This document shows positions 48,574 to 58,741 of a stretch of DNA of 64,000 bases, piece by piece. Position 1 is the stretch's first letter. The number at the start of each line of letters is the position of its first letter. The notes under the pieces were generated by a model that did not search any database, was not told the DNA's origin, and worked only from the letters and a program-made list of their open reading frames with translations. Where the stretch lies: the NCBI GenBank assembly GCA_044506615.1, contig JBIQKJ010000001.1, positions 218,434 through 282,433 on the forward strand. The letters are read 5' to 3'. Source of the stretch: Chloroflexota bacterium. Lineage in GTDB: Bacteria > Chloroflexota > Limnocylindria > Limnocylindrales > CSP1-4. The translations under genes and the position numbers were made by a program.

Positions 48574-50511
48574 GTGCCTGCCAGCCGACCCGGCCCCGAT
48601 CGCGACGCGCCCGCTGCCGCGGTCGCCGACGACGCCGACGACCTCGATCGCCCGGTCGACGAGCCCGACGACCACCTGATCGACCCCGGTGACGATCGCC
48701 CGCTCACGAACGGCGATCTCGCACGGATCTTCCACGAGATCGGCGACATCCTCGAGGTCAAGGGCGAGCTCGTGTTCAAGACCGTCGCCTACCACCGAGC
48801 CGCGGACGCGATCGGGCGGAGCCCGGTCGACCTCGTCTCGGCGTATCGGGAGGGGAAGGCGCCCCGGATCCCGGGCGTGGGCAAGGCGATCAGCGACAAG
48901 ATCGACGAGCTGGCGCGGACCGGGCGCATGGCGTTCTACGATCGGCTGCGCTCGGAGGTGCCGCCCACCCTGGTCGAGCTCCTCCGGATCCCGGGTCTCG
49001 GCCCGAAGGCGGTCCGGACGATGTACGAGACGCTCGGCATCGAGACGATGGACGACCTGCGGCAGGCGGCCGAGGCGGGCACGCTCCGCGATCTCCCGCG
49101 GATGTCGAAGCGGACCGAGCAGCTCGTCCTCGAGGGGATCGCCCGGCTGGAGGCGAACCCGCGACGGATGCTCCTCCACCGGGCCGAGGCGGCGATCACC
49201 GGCATCATCGCGGCGCTCGAGGGGCTGCCGGGCGTGCGCTCCGTGCAACCGGCCGGTTCGTTCCGGCGCAAGCGCGAGACGATCGGCGACCTCGACGTGC
49301 TCGTCGAGACCGACGATCCGCGCGCGGCGATCGACGCGTTCACCGGGCTCGGGGTCGTGGAGGACGTGATCAACCGCGGCGACGCCAAGGCCGCGGTCCG
49401 GCTGCTCCGCGGCCCCCAGGTCGACCTGATGGTGATGCCGCCCGGCGAGGCCGGCACGTACCTCGTCCACTTCACGGGCTCGAAGGAGCACAACGTCCGG
49501 CTGCGGGCACGCGCCCGCGATCGCGGCTGGAGCCTGTCCGAGAAGGGGTTCCTCCGGATCGACGAGGAGGGCCGGCCGCTGACCGGCGACGCCGCCGAGC
49601 TCCGGACGTTCGCGACGGAGGACGAGGTCTACGCGTTCCTGGAGCTGCCGTTCATCGAGCCCGAGCTGCGCGAGGACAGCGGCGAGATCGAGGCGGCGCT
49701 CGCCGGCCGGTTGCCGACGCTCGTCACCGGGGCCGACCTGCGCGGCGACCTCCACACGCACTCCGAGTGGTCGGACGGGATGCACCCGATCGAGGTGATG
49801 GCCGAGGCGTGCCGTCGGCGCGGGTACGCCTACCAGGTGCTGACCGACCACTCGATGTCGCTGGCGATCGCCCGGGGGCTCGACCCGGGCCGGGTCGAGG
49901 AGCAGCGCGCGATCATCGCCGCGCTCAACGCCCGGTTCGAGCAGGAGGAGCGCGAGGGGACCGTCCCGCCCGGCTCGTCGCCCGACGGGTTCCGGTTGCT
50001 CCACGGCTGCGAGCTCGAGATCCGGGCAGACGGCCGGCTCGACTACGAGGACGACCTCCTCGCACGGTTCGACGTGGTCGTCGCGTCGCTCCACGTCTCG
50101 CGTCGCCAGCCCCGCGCCGAGCTGACGCAGCGCACGCTCACCGCGATCCGCAGCCCGCACGTCGACGTCATCGCCCACCCCGCCGGTCGGATGATCCAGA
50201 CGCGCGACGACCTCGACCTCGACTGGGACGTGGTCTACGAGGAGGCGGCGCGGACGGGCACGGCCCTCGAGATGAACGGGTCGCCCCACCGGCTCGACCT
50301 CGCGGTCGAGCGCGCCCGACGAGCGGTCGCCGCCGGCTGCGTCCTGTCGATCGATTCGGATGCCCACAAGACCGCCGAGCTCGACTACGTTCGGTGGGGC
50401 GTGAGCCAGGCACGCCGCGCCTGGGTGGAGCCGGCGAACGTGCTCAACACGCGCTCGCGCGAGGAGCTGCTCGCCTGGGTGGCCGGGAAGCCGGCACGGG
50501 TCGGGGCGTGA
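48574..50511 (+). CDS. polX: DNA polymerase X with PHP exonuclease domain
   Basis: HhH motifs, GSFRR, GDLD and FTGSKEHN; PHP motifs HTHSEWSDG, TDHS and DSDAH. Confidence 0.93.
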   Translation: MPASRPGPDRDAPAAAVADDADDLDRPVDEPDDHLIDPGDDRPLTNGDLARIFHEIGDILEVKGELVFKTVAYHRAADAIGRSPVDLVSAYREGKAPRIPGVGKAISDKIDELARTGRMAFYDRLRSEVPPTLVELLRIPGLGPKAVRTMYETLGIETMDDLRQAAEAGTLRDLPRMSKRTEQLVLEGIARLEANPRRMLLHRAEAAITGIIAALEGLPGVRSVQPAGSFRRKRETIGDLDVLVETDDPRAAIDAFTGLGVVEDVINRGDAKAAVRLLRGPQVDLMVMPPGEAGTYLVHFTGSKEHNVRLRARARDRGWSLSEKGFLRIDEEGRPLTGDAAELRTFATEDEVYAFLELPFIEPELREDSGEIEAALAGRLPTLVTGADLRGDLHTHSEWSDGMHPIEVMAEACRRRGYAYQVLTDHSMSLAIARGLDPGRVEEQRAIIAALNARFEQEEREGTVPPGSSPDGFRLLHGCELEIRADGRLDYEDDLLARFDVVVASLHVSRRQPRAELTQRTLTAIRSPHVDVIAHPAGRMIQTRDDLDLDWDVVYEEAARTGTALEMNGSPHRLDLAVERARRAVAAGCVLSIDSDAHKTAELDYVRWGVSQARRAWVEPANVLNTRSREELLAWVAGKPARVGA

Positions 50512-50515
50512 CGCG

Positions 50516-51640
50516 GTGAGCGGCGGGGAGCGGCCGGGCGCCGAGCGGTCGGGCGCCGAGCGGTCGGGCGGCGCCGAGCGCGGCGGCCGGGGCCACGGGT
50601 GGGCCGCCGATTCCGGCGGGCGGGACGTGGACGGCCCCGGGCGGCTCCCCGGGTGGCTCTCGGGCGCAGGGTCGACCACGCCGGCCGGCGGTGCGCGCCG
50701 AGCCTCCATCACGCGCGCATCGACCGCCGGCCGCGAGGCGCTCGGCGGCTCCCCGTCGCTCCGCGGCCCCGCGTCGCTGCCGGGTCTGTCGCCGGGCCCC
50801 GGCCGGCCGCAGCAGCTCTCGCCCAGCCTCGAGGGACGGCTGGCCCGGCGCGACCTCGCGCTCGCGTCGGTGGTCGTCGTCGGGCTGTCGCGGCTGCTCG
50901 ACGGGCCGCTCGTGTGGCTCGTTGCCGCGCTCGTGCTCGGCGCGGTCGCGGTCGGCGCCCTCCAGGTCCTCGCCGAGGACGACCCGACGGCCGAGACGAC
51001 CGGCGTGCCGATCGAGTCGGTCATCCTCCCGGCCGTCGCGGCGGTCGCCTCGGTCGGCGCGATCCGGCTGGTACCGATCGGCCTGTGGCTGGCGCCGGCG
51101 CTGCTGCTGACCGGCCTCGCGGTCGACCGGGCGCTCGCGCTCGAGAGCCGGATCCTGCGCGCGCGGTCCGCGCCGGGCCCCGAGGAGCGGACGCGGATCC
51201 TCGTCGCGACGCTCGTCATCGGGTTCGTCGGCTTTGCGGGCGCGGCGGCGATCGTGCCGGGCGGTCTCGCCGAGCCCGCGGGCGAGGCGGGTGGCGCGCT
51301 CGAGGAGTCGAACCTGCTCGTCCTGGCTGCCGCGGATGCGGCGATCGCGTTCCTGCTCGGGTACCGGGCGGCCGCCCTGCGGGTGACGAACCTCATGGAT
51401 GCGCTGTGGTCCGCGGCCACGTACGCGGGCGCCATCGCCATCGGGGCCGCGGCCGTGCGCGCCATGGAGATCCCCCGGCTGGTCGGGCCGGCGCTGCTGA
51501 TCCTCGCGTTCTACCTGTGGGACGCCTTCCACGGCGCCCCGCGCTCGCGCCGCCGCGACGTCCGGTGGATCTGGCAGACGGCGCTGCTCGCGATCCTGGG
51601 CATCGCGGTCGTCCTGTGGAACCTCCAGCTGCGCGGCTGA
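50516..51640 (+). CDS. Hypothetical polytopic membrane protein (start uncertain)
   Basis: About 9-10 hydrophobic segments after a low-complexity N-terminus. Confidence 0.7.
   Translation: MSGGERPGAERSGAERSGGAERGGRGHGWAADSGGRDVDGPGRLPGWLSGAGSTTPAGGARRASITRASTAGREALGGSPSLRGPASLPGLSPGPGRPQQLSPSLEGRLARRDLALASVVVVGLSRLLDGPLVWLVAALVLGAVAVGALQVLAEDDPTAETTGVPIESVILPAVAAVASVGAIRLVPIGLWLAPALLLTGLAVDRALALESRILRARSAPGPEERTRILVATLVIGFVGFAGAAAIVPGGLAEPAGEAGGALEESNLLVLAAADAAIAFLLGYRAAALRVTNLMDALWSAATYAGAIAIGAAAVRAMEIPRLVGPALLILAFYLWDAFHGAPRSRRRDVRWIWQTALLAILGIAVVLWNLQLRG
50528..50580 (+). repeat. 15-bp tandem repeat GAGCGGYCGGGCGCC, about 3 copies
   Basis: Read directly from the sequence. Confidence 0.75.
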
Positions 51641-51655
51641 CCGACCCGGCCGCGT

Positions 51656-51684
51656 TTGACGCGGACCCGGATGGGTGCTAGAAA
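51656..51684 (+). promoter_or_regulatory. Sigma70-type promoter TTGACG-17-TAGAAA
   Basis: 17-bp spacer with an extended -10 TG. Confidence 0.5.
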
Positions 51685-51782
51685 GCGATGCTTGCGCGGC
51701 GGCCCCGAACCTGCCCCGCGTTCCCGCACGCCGATCCGTCCGGCCTCGTCCGGACGCGCTCCGTGAAAGGACGACACCGCAC

Positions 51783-52643
51783 GTGACCTTCCCCGACATC
51801 GAGACGACGAACAGCCAGACGCCGGTCAACCTGACCCGCCAGAAGCGGCAGCTGGCCGAGCAGGCGATCGCCCACGCGGCCGCGGCGCGCTGGGCGGATG
51901 CGGCGGAGGCGAATCGCAAGCTGCTCGAGCTCGGCCCCGACGCCGAGGCCGAGAACCGCCTCGCCAAGGCGCTGTGGGAGCTCGGTGAGCTGGCCGCCGC
52001 CCGCGAGCACTACCAGACCGCGCTCGCGCTCGATCCGACGAACCGCATCGCCGAGCGCAACATCGATCGGCTCAAGATGCTGCTCGTGGCGGCCGGCGAG
52101 AAGACGGTCCCGGCGACCGAGGGCAGCAAGGCTCCGGTCTCGATCTTCGTCGAGGAGACCGGCAAGACCGGCTTCGCGTACCTCACCGACCTCGCCGACC
52201 CGCGCCAGCTCGCCCAGGTGAACCCCGGCGACTTCGTCGAGCTCGTCCCCGAGGGGAACCGGCTCATCGCGATCAGCAACGGGGTCCGGATCGGCGTGGT
52301 CGAGCCGCGGGTCGCGGCACGCCTGCTCAAGCTCATGGCCGACGGCAACAAGTACGCGGCCGGGGTGACCTCGCTCGGCGACAAGGACGTCCGGATCATC
52401 CTCCGCGAGACGTTCCAGGACCCGCGCAACTACGGCAAGGTCAGCTTCCCGACCGCGGCGAAGTCGACCGACCTGCGGCCGTACACGAAGGGCACGCTCG
52501 TCCGCGAGGAGATGGAGCTCGAGGAGGACCTCGAGGACGACGAGGAGGACGAGGAGATCGAGGATCTCGATCGCGTCCTGCCGCCCGAGTCGACGACCGA
52601 GGAGGCCTTCGAAGAGGAGCCCGACGAGCTCGACGAGCCGTAG
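51783..52643 (+). CDS. TPR + HIRAN-like domain protein with acidic tail
   Basis: TPR 'NRLAKALWELG...LALDPTN', FVEETGKT, 'IGVVEPRVAARLLKLMADG' and a D/E-rich tail. AAAGGA RBS. Confidence 0.7.
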   Translation: MTFPDIETTNSQTPVNLTRQKRQLAEQAIAHAAAARWADAAEANRKLLELGPDAEAENRLAKALWELGELAAAREHYQTALALDPTNRIAERNIDRLKMLLVAAGEKTVPATEGSKAPVSIFVEETGKTGFAYLTDLADPRQLAQVNPGDFVELVPEGNRLIAISNGVRIGVVEPRVAARLLKLMADGNKYAAGVTSLGDKDVRIILRETFQDPRNYGKVSFPTAAKSTDLRPYTKGTLVREEMELEEDLEDDEEDEEIEDLDRVLPPESTTEEAFEEEPDELDEP

Positions 52644-52725
52644 CTTCGCGGGGCGCCCCGGCCCGAACCGCCGACACGCCGACCTGGGGTCGATCCGGGC
52701 ACGACGCTCGGCTAGGATGCAACCG

Positions 52726-55581
52726 ATGACCGGACGCTCGATGCCCGCGCGCGCCGAGCCGGGCCACTCGCTCCCGGTCTTCGACCGACTCGCCCCGGCC
52801 CCGTCCCCGGCGCTCGTCAACGCCAGGATCGACGAGCATTCGGGGCCGGGCGACGTCGTCGCGGACCTCTTCGGGCGGGGCGGCTGGGTGGCCCGTGCCG
52901 CGATCGACCGGCAGCGGCGGGTCGTGTCCCTCGAGTCGAGCCCGCTCACGCGGATGCTCGCCGAGGTGGTCCTCCGTCCGCCCGACGTCCGCCATCTCGA
53001 CGCCGCGTTCCAGGGCCTCTCGGCGTCGCCGCGCCGGGAATCGAGCCTCAAGGTGTCGATCGGCGAGCTGTTCGCGACGCGCTGCGCGACGTGCGGCCGG
53101 TCGCTCGTCGCGGACGAGCTCATCTGGAAGACCGCGGACGCCGAGGGCCCGCAACCCGAGATCGTCGCGAAGCACTATCGCTGCGTCGTGTGCCGGGACC
53201 AGCGCGGGGGATCGGAGCAGCGGTCGGCGCCGCCCGACGCCAACGACCTGGCCCGGGCCGCGGCCGACCCCGGGATCGACGAGGCTCGCGCGTTCGTGGC
53301 GGATCGCTTCCCACCGGTCGACGGCGCACCCGATCTCGTCGACGAGCTGCTCGGGCTGCACACCCCGCGCCAGCTGGTCGGCCTTGCTGCGATCCTCGAG
53401 CGCATCGAGGGCGACCTCCGAGCGGCGCCCGTCCTCGCGGCGCTCCGGCTCGCGCTGCTCCACGCGCTGCTGCCGGCCAGCCGGCTGGCCGTCTTTCCCG
53501 GTCGCGGGGCGACGCTTCGGGTCGGGGGCGGGCACGTCAAGCCGCCGAGCGCGAGCCAGTGGCGTGAGCGCAACCCGTGGCTCGCGTTCGAGGACGGGGT
53601 CCGAACGGTCCGCGGGTTCGTCCAGCGGCTCGAGGGCGGCGCGCTCGGGCCGGTCCAGGCGCGGCTCGGCGAGGACCTGCGCAGTCTCGGGGAGGGAACC
53701 GCGACCGCGCTGCTCGGGATCGGGACCGTTGCCGGGCTGCGGCTGCTCGGGACCGACACGCGGGAGCCCGGCCACGGCGGCTCCGTCCCGCGCATTCGGC
53801 TCGTGTTGAGCCAGCCGCCGGCGCGGCCCACGCTGGACCGGCTCGCGCTCGGCTACTACGGGACCGCCTGGGTCCTCGGGCGGGAGGCCGCGACGCTCGT
53901 GCCGGCCGCGGCGCTCGCCGGGTCGAGCCTGCGCGCGCCGTGGAGCTGGCAGACCGCGTTGCTGAACCGGGCGCTCGAGGCGATCGAGCCGGCGCTCGCT
54001 CGCGACGGCCGGATCGTGCTGCTCGTCGAGGGCGGCGTCGAGGCGCTCGCGGCAGCGGCGCTCGGGGCGAGCGGTGCCGGCTATCGCGTCGTCAGCGCGA
54101 GACTGGCGGACGCCGACGACGACGCCGGCGTCGTCGAGCTGCTCGGTCCGAACGCGGTCCTGCCCCCGGGGCCGCGTACCCGGGCGAACGTCGCGCTGGC
54201 CCCCCTGTCCGGCGGCGCCGGCGATCCCGACGTCGTGCCCGCCCACGGCTTGTTCGCCCCGCCGGAGCGCTTCGACCGGCGGCCGTTCTCGCCGGCCGAG
54301 ACCGCGCGCACCGTGACCGACGTCGCCGTGGAGGTCCTCAAGGCGCGCGGCGAGCCGGCCCGCGCGGAGCGCCTGATCGGGGAGGTGCTGGTCGGGCTCG
54401 ACCGGGCGGGGCACCTGCGGCGGTTCGCGTCGGCGGCACGCGGCGGCGCCGGGGACGACGACCACGCGCCGGAGAGCGAGCACGACGAGGAGCGCGCCGC
54501 CGGACCCGTCGAGCGCGGGGACGACGGCCCCGGCCGGTCGCGTGCGGGCCGCTCCGGCCCCGACGACCGGCATGCGGATCCGCCCTCCGGACCGCCACCC
54601 GCCGTCGACGATCCGCCGCCGCCGTCCCGAGAGGCCGTCCCCGACGACATCCTCGCCGCGATCGGCGTCGGACGACGGACCGCGACGAGCGAGCAGCTCG
54701 ACCCGGTCGACCGGCTGCTCGCGCTGATCCGCGACGAGCTGACGCGGCCGACGCAGCGCCGCCTCGTCGAGATCGAGCCCGGGCGCTGGTGGCTCGCCGA
54801 CCGGGCCGATCGGGACGCCGCGGCCGCGCCGCTCGCGGACCGCGTCGAGTGGTCGGTCTTCAGCCTGCTGTCGACCGCGGGTCCCCTGTCCGAGGCGGCG
54901 TTCCTCGAGCGGATCGCCGCGCTGTTCGCCGGTCATGACCTCCCCGACGAGCGGCTCGTCCGGGCGTGCCTCGACAGCTACCGCAGCCTCGCCAGCACGC
55001 CGGACCGGATCGTGACCGCGGACGACCTCCTCAAGCGCAGCCAGGAGCACACCGAGCTGCTGGCGCTCCTCGCCGACGGCGGTCATCGGCTGGGCATGCA
55101 GGTCTGGCTCGGCCGGCGGGAGCAGAGTCGCCGGATCGGGGGCGGGCTGCTCGGTGACCGACTCTCGGACGCGGAGCAGCGGGCGCACCTCGCGGGGATC
55201 AGCCGGGCGGTCGACGACCTCGCCGAGGTCGACTGCATCTGGTACGTGCGGAACCGGCTCGCGTTCCTGTGGGAGGTCGAGTGGACCGCGATGCTCGGCG
55301 AGCCGCTGCTCAAGCGCCACGCCCGCATCCCGCCCGACGAGAAGCTCGTGCGGTTCCTCGTGATCGCGCCCGAGCGCACCGAGCTCGTGCGCCACAAGCT
55401 CGAGCGTTCGCCGCTCCTTCGCTCGGCGCTCGAGGAGGGCAACTGGCACATCCTCAAGAGCGATCACCTGCGGACGTTCCTCGCGAGCGACGAGCCGACC
55501 CTCGAGTCGCTCGAGCCGCTGCTGGGGCTCGATCCGCTCATCGAGCGGGGCGGGGAGCAGCTGCCGCTGTTCGGCGGCTGA
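52726..55581 (+). CDS. Degenerate DNA methyltransferase-like/Zn-ribbon/restriction-endonuclease-like fusion
   Basis: VADLFGRGG (motif I remnant), CATC...CVVC, LSQPP (motif IV remnant), VDCIW...WEVEWT and terminal QLPLF. Confidence 0.65.
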   Translation: MTGRSMPARAEPGHSLPVFDRLAPAPSPALVNARIDEHSGPGDVVADLFGRGGWVARAAIDRQRRVVSLESSPLTRMLAEVVLRPPDVRHLDAAFQGLSASPRRESSLKVSIGELFATRCATCGRSLVADELIWKTADAEGPQPEIVAKHYRCVVCRDQRGGSEQRSAPPDANDLARAAADPGIDEARAFVADRFPPVDGAPDLVDELLGLHTPRQLVGLAAILERIEGDLRAAPVLAALRLALLHALLPASRLAVFPGRGATLRVGGGHVKPPSASQWRERNPWLAFEDGVRTVRGFVQRLEGGALGPVQARLGEDLRSLGEGTATALLGIGTVAGLRLLGTDTREPGHGGSVPRIRLVLSQPPARPTLDRLALGYYGTAWVLGREAATLVPAAALAGSSLRAPWSWQTALLNRALEAIEPALARDGRIVLLVEGGVEALAAAALGASGAGYRVVSARLADADDDAGVVELLGPNAVLPPGPRTRANVALAPLSGGAGDPDVVPAHGLFAPPERFDRRPFSPAETARTVTDVAVEVLKARGEPARAERLIGEVLVGLDRAGHLRRFASAARGGAGDDDHAPESEHDEERAAGPVERGDDGPGRSRAGRSGPDDRHADPPSGPPPAVDDPPPPSREAVPDDILAAIGVGRRTATSEQLDPVDRLLALIRDELTRPTQRRLVEIEPGRWWLADRADRDAAAAPLADRVEWSVFSLLSTAGPLSEAAFLERIAALFAGHDLPDERLVRACLDSYRSLASTPDRIVTADDLLKRSQEHTELLALLADGGHRLGMQVWLGRREQSRRIGGGLLGDRLSDAEQRAHLAGISRAVDDLAEVDCIWYVRNRLAFLWEVEWTAMLGEPLLKRHARIPPDEKLVRFLVIAPERTELVRHKLERSPLLRSALEEGNWHILKSDHLRTFLASDEPTLESLEPLLGLDPLIERGGEQLPLFGG

Positions 55582-55653
55582 CGCAACGGACCGCTACCCG
55601 CCGGCCCGCTACCCTACGGCTGAACCCCTGAAGGATCCCTGCGAGGAGCCACC

Positions 55654-57336
55654 GTGACCGACGCCACCCCTGCCCCCGACGTCAACGCGCTCTCGGACCG
55701 GTTCTGGGAGTCGATCCTCGAGCTCAATCCCACGACGGCCACGGTCTACGGGGACGACCGCTACGACGATCGGCTCGAGGACCCGGGTCCCGAGGGCCGT
55801 GCCCGGACCCGCGATCTCTACGAGCGCACGCTCGCCGAGGCGACCGCCATCGACCCGACCGGCCTGTCGACCGAGGACCGGATCACCCGGGACATGCTGC
55901 AGGTCATCTGCGAGCTCGGCCTCGAGGAGCTCGACCAGCGGATCCACGAGCTGCGGGTCGTCGACCAGATGAGCGGTCCGCAGCAGCTGCTCCCGCAGCT
56001 CACGTCGTTCCAGCGGGCCGACACGCCGGAGCGGCTCGAGGCCTTCCTCGCTCGCCTCCGTGCCTACCCGGCGTACATGGCGGCGAACACCGAGATCCTG
56101 CGCGACGGGCTGGCCTCGGGCCTCACCGCGCCGCGCATCGTCGCCGAGCGGACCATCGCCCAGATCGAGCGGCTGCTCGAGGTGCCGATCGACTCCGCGG
56201 TCGTGCCGGCGATGGCGACCGTGGCGAGCGAGGCGGACCGCGAGCAGGTCCGCGCCGCGGTTCGCGAGCACGTCTACCCGGCGGATCAGGCGTTCCTCGA
56301 CGTCCTGAAGGGCGACTACCTCGCGGCATCGCGGACGGAACCCGGTCTCTGGTCTGCCCCGAACGGGGAGGCGCTCTACCGGACCGCGATCCGCGGCTGG
56401 ACGACGCTCGAGCTCGACCCCGAGGACGTCCACCGCATCGGGCTCGAGGACATCGAGCGGATCGACGAGGAGCGCCGGGCGATCGGGCGCGCCGCGGGCT
56501 ACGGCGACGACATCGACGCCTACCGCCGGTCACTCGAGGCCGATCCCGCGAACGCGCCGAGGTCGAAGGACGAGCTGGTCACGCGCGCGAACGAGGACAT
56601 CGAGCGGGCGATGGCGGCGGCGCCGCGCTACTTCGGCCGGCTGCCGAAGGCCGGCCTGGAGGTTCGCCCGGTCGAGGAGTTCAAGGAGAAGGACGCCCCG
56701 TTCGCCTACTACTTCCCCCCGACCCCCGACGGCTCGCGCCCCGGCATCTACTACGCGAACGGCTACGACCTGCCGAGCCGGACGTTCACGAAGCTCGCCA
56801 CCACGACCTACCACGAGGCCGTGCCCGGCCATCACTTCCAGATCACGCTCGAGATCGAGAACCCGTTCCTCAACACGTTCCGGCGGCTCGGGGCGCGGAT
56901 GATCGGCGGCGCGTACGTCGAGGGCTGGGGCCTGTACAGCGAGCGGCTCGCCGACGAGATGGGGCTCTTCCGGTCGGAGGGCGAGCGGTTCGGGATGCTC
57001 GACGCGCAGGCCTGGCGCGCGGCGCGGCTCGTCGTCGACACGGGCATGCACGCGCTGCGCTGGCCGCGCGAGCGCTCGATCGAGTTCCTGCGGGCGACCG
57101 GCCTGTCCGAGACCGACGCGGTCATCGAGACCGACCGGTACATCTGCTGGCCGGGACAGGCACTGACGTACAAGATCGGCCAGCGTGAGATCGAGCGGCT
57201 GCGTGCGGAGGTGGAGGCGCGCGACGGGAGCGCCTTCGACATCCGGGCCTTCCACGACGCGGTGCTCGGCCACGGGTCGCTGCCGCTCGCGACGCTGTCG
57301 CGCGAGCTGCCGGGCTGGGTGGCGACCCCGGCCTGA
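55654..57336 (+). CDS. DUF885 family putative metallopeptidase
   Basis: HEAVPGHHFQ, EGWGLYSE, RLVVDTG and PGQALTYKIG motifs. Confidence 0.9.
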   Translation: MTDATPAPDVNALSDRFWESILELNPTTATVYGDDRYDDRLEDPGPEGRARTRDLYERTLAEATAIDPTGLSTEDRITRDMLQVICELGLEELDQRIHELRVVDQMSGPQQLLPQLTSFQRADTPERLEAFLARLRAYPAYMAANTEILRDGLASGLTAPRIVAERTIAQIERLLEVPIDSAVVPAMATVASEADREQVRAAVREHVYPADQAFLDVLKGDYLAASRTEPGLWSAPNGEALYRTAIRGWTTLELDPEDVHRIGLEDIERIDEERRAIGRAAGYGDDIDAYRRSLEADPANAPRSKDELVTRANEDIERAMAAAPRYFGRLPKAGLEVRPVEEFKEKDAPFAYYFPPTPDGSRPGIYYANGYDLPSRTFTKLATTTYHEAVPGHHFQITLEIENPFLNTFRRLGARMIGGAYVEGWGLYSERLADEMGLFRSEGERFGMLDAQAWRAARLVVDTGMHALRWPRERSIEFLRATGLSETDAVIETDRYICWPGQALTYKIGQREIERLRAEVEARDGSAFDIRAFHDAVLGHGSLPLATLSRELPGWVATPA

Positions 57337-57349
57337 GGGGCTGCTCGGG

Positions 57350-58741
57350 CTAGGAGTCGAACCCGATCCCCAGCTCGTCGAGCGTTCGCAGGAGCAGGCT
57401 GCGCCGGCCCTCGTTGCGGTCCGCCCGGTCGAGCTCGCGGCGCACGACCTGTACGGTGGCATAGCGCAGCGGCTCGGGCGGGAACGGGATCGGCGGCGAC
57501 GTGACGATCCGCAGCCGCAGCCGGTCCTCGTCGGGCCGGAGGATGAAGTCGCGCACGACGCCGGCGGCCCAGCGGCTCGCGCCGACCCCGAGCCCCGTGT
57601 ATCCCAGCGCGTAGGTCAGCCGGTCCCCGAGCAGCTGCCCGAACGTCACCGTGAACCGCGAGGTCGTGTCGATCGCGCCGCCCCACCGGTACGGGAACCG
57701 CAGACCGGCGAGCTGGGGGAACGCGCGGAAGAACTGCGCCTCGAGCTTCGCGAACGTCTCGGGTCGCTCGTCGAGGTGCGCGCCGACCGCGCTGCCGTAG
57801 TGGTAGACCGCGTCGTAGCCGCCCCACAGGATCCGGTCGTCGGCGGTCAGCCGGAAGTAGTGGAACTGGTTGTTGGCATCGGACAGGCCCTGGCGTCGCT
57901 GCCAGCCGATGGCCTCCCGCTCGTCCGGCGTCAGCGGGTCCGACACGAGCGCGTAGTCGTACACGGGGACGAAGGTCGGCGTGAGGCGCCGAAGCCAGCC
58001 CGAGTACGCGGACGTCGCGACCACGACGCGGTCGGCGCGCACCGAGGCGCCCGCGCCGGTCCGCACGTGCACACCGCCCGCGCGCCGCTCGACCGACGTC
58101 ACGCGCGTCCGCTCGCAGATCCGCACGCCCCGCTCCAGCGCCACCCGGGCGATTCCCCGGCACAGCTTGACGGGGTCGAGGAGGACGTCCCGCCCGGGCG
58201 GCCGGTAGAGCCCGGCGTGCCACAGCGGCGAGTGGACCTCGGCGCGGGCCGCGTCGGCGTCGAGGAACTCCAGCTGCTCCCCGTGCTCGGCCGCGACGTC
58301 GACCCACTCGCGGAACTCGTCGACCTGGTACGGCTGGTCCGCGAGCGTCAGCGTGCCGGTCTCCTCGAGATCGCAGTCGATGCCGTGCTCGCGGGTGAAC
58401 GCGATGAGGCCGCGGAGGTTCTCGATGCCCTCGCGCTCGAGGATGTCGAGGTCGGCGGGGAAGTGGCGGATGCCGTTGGCCAGCCCGTGCGTGAGGCTGG
58501 CCTCGCAGAAGCCGCCGTTGCGGCCGCTGGCCCCGTACGCCACGGTCTCGGCCTCGAGGACGACGACCCGCAACGACGGGTCCGTGTCGGTCAGCGCGAT
58601 CGCCGTCCACAGGCCGGTGAAGCCGCCGCCGACGATCGCGACGTCGGCCGTCGTGTCGCCCTCGAGCGGCTCACCGAACGCCGGTGCCTCGCCGCGCAGC
58701 CAGTACCCGGTTCCCACGATCGCATCGTGCCACGAGCGCAC
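57350..58741 (-). CDS. FAD-dependent oxidoreductase (PuuB/DAO family)
   Basis: GGGFTGL, GASGRNGG and GYTGLGVG motifs. Confidence 0.85.
   Translation of the reverse strand: MRSWHDAIVGTGYWLRGEAPAFGEPLEGDTTADVAIVGGGFTGLWTAIALTDTDPSLRVVVLEAETVAYGASGRNGGFCEASLTHGLANGIRHFPADLDILEREGIENLRGLIAFTREHGIDCDLEETGTLTLADQPYQVDEFREWVDVAAEHGEQLEFLDADAARAEVHSPLWHAGLYRPPGRDVLLDPVKLCRGIARVALERGVRICERTRVTSVERRAGGVHVRTGAGASVRADRVVVATSAYSGWLRRLTPTFVPVYDYALVSDPLTPDEREAIGWQRRQGLSDANNQFHYFRLTADDRILWGGYDAVYHYGSAVGAHLDERPETFAKLEAQFFRAFPQLAGLRFPYRWGGAIDTTSRFTVTFGQLLGDRLTYALGYTGLGVGASRWAAGVVRDFILRPDEDRLRLRIVTSPPIPFPPEPLRYATVQVVRRELDRADRNEGRRSLLLRTLDELGIGFDS

Noticed and set aside
47050-51465. 1471-aa minus-strand ORF and other long antisense ORFs (e.g. 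52441-55467, 20201-22873, 30570-33164)
   Set aside because: They are shadows of real genes in high-GC DNA and carry no recognisable motifs.
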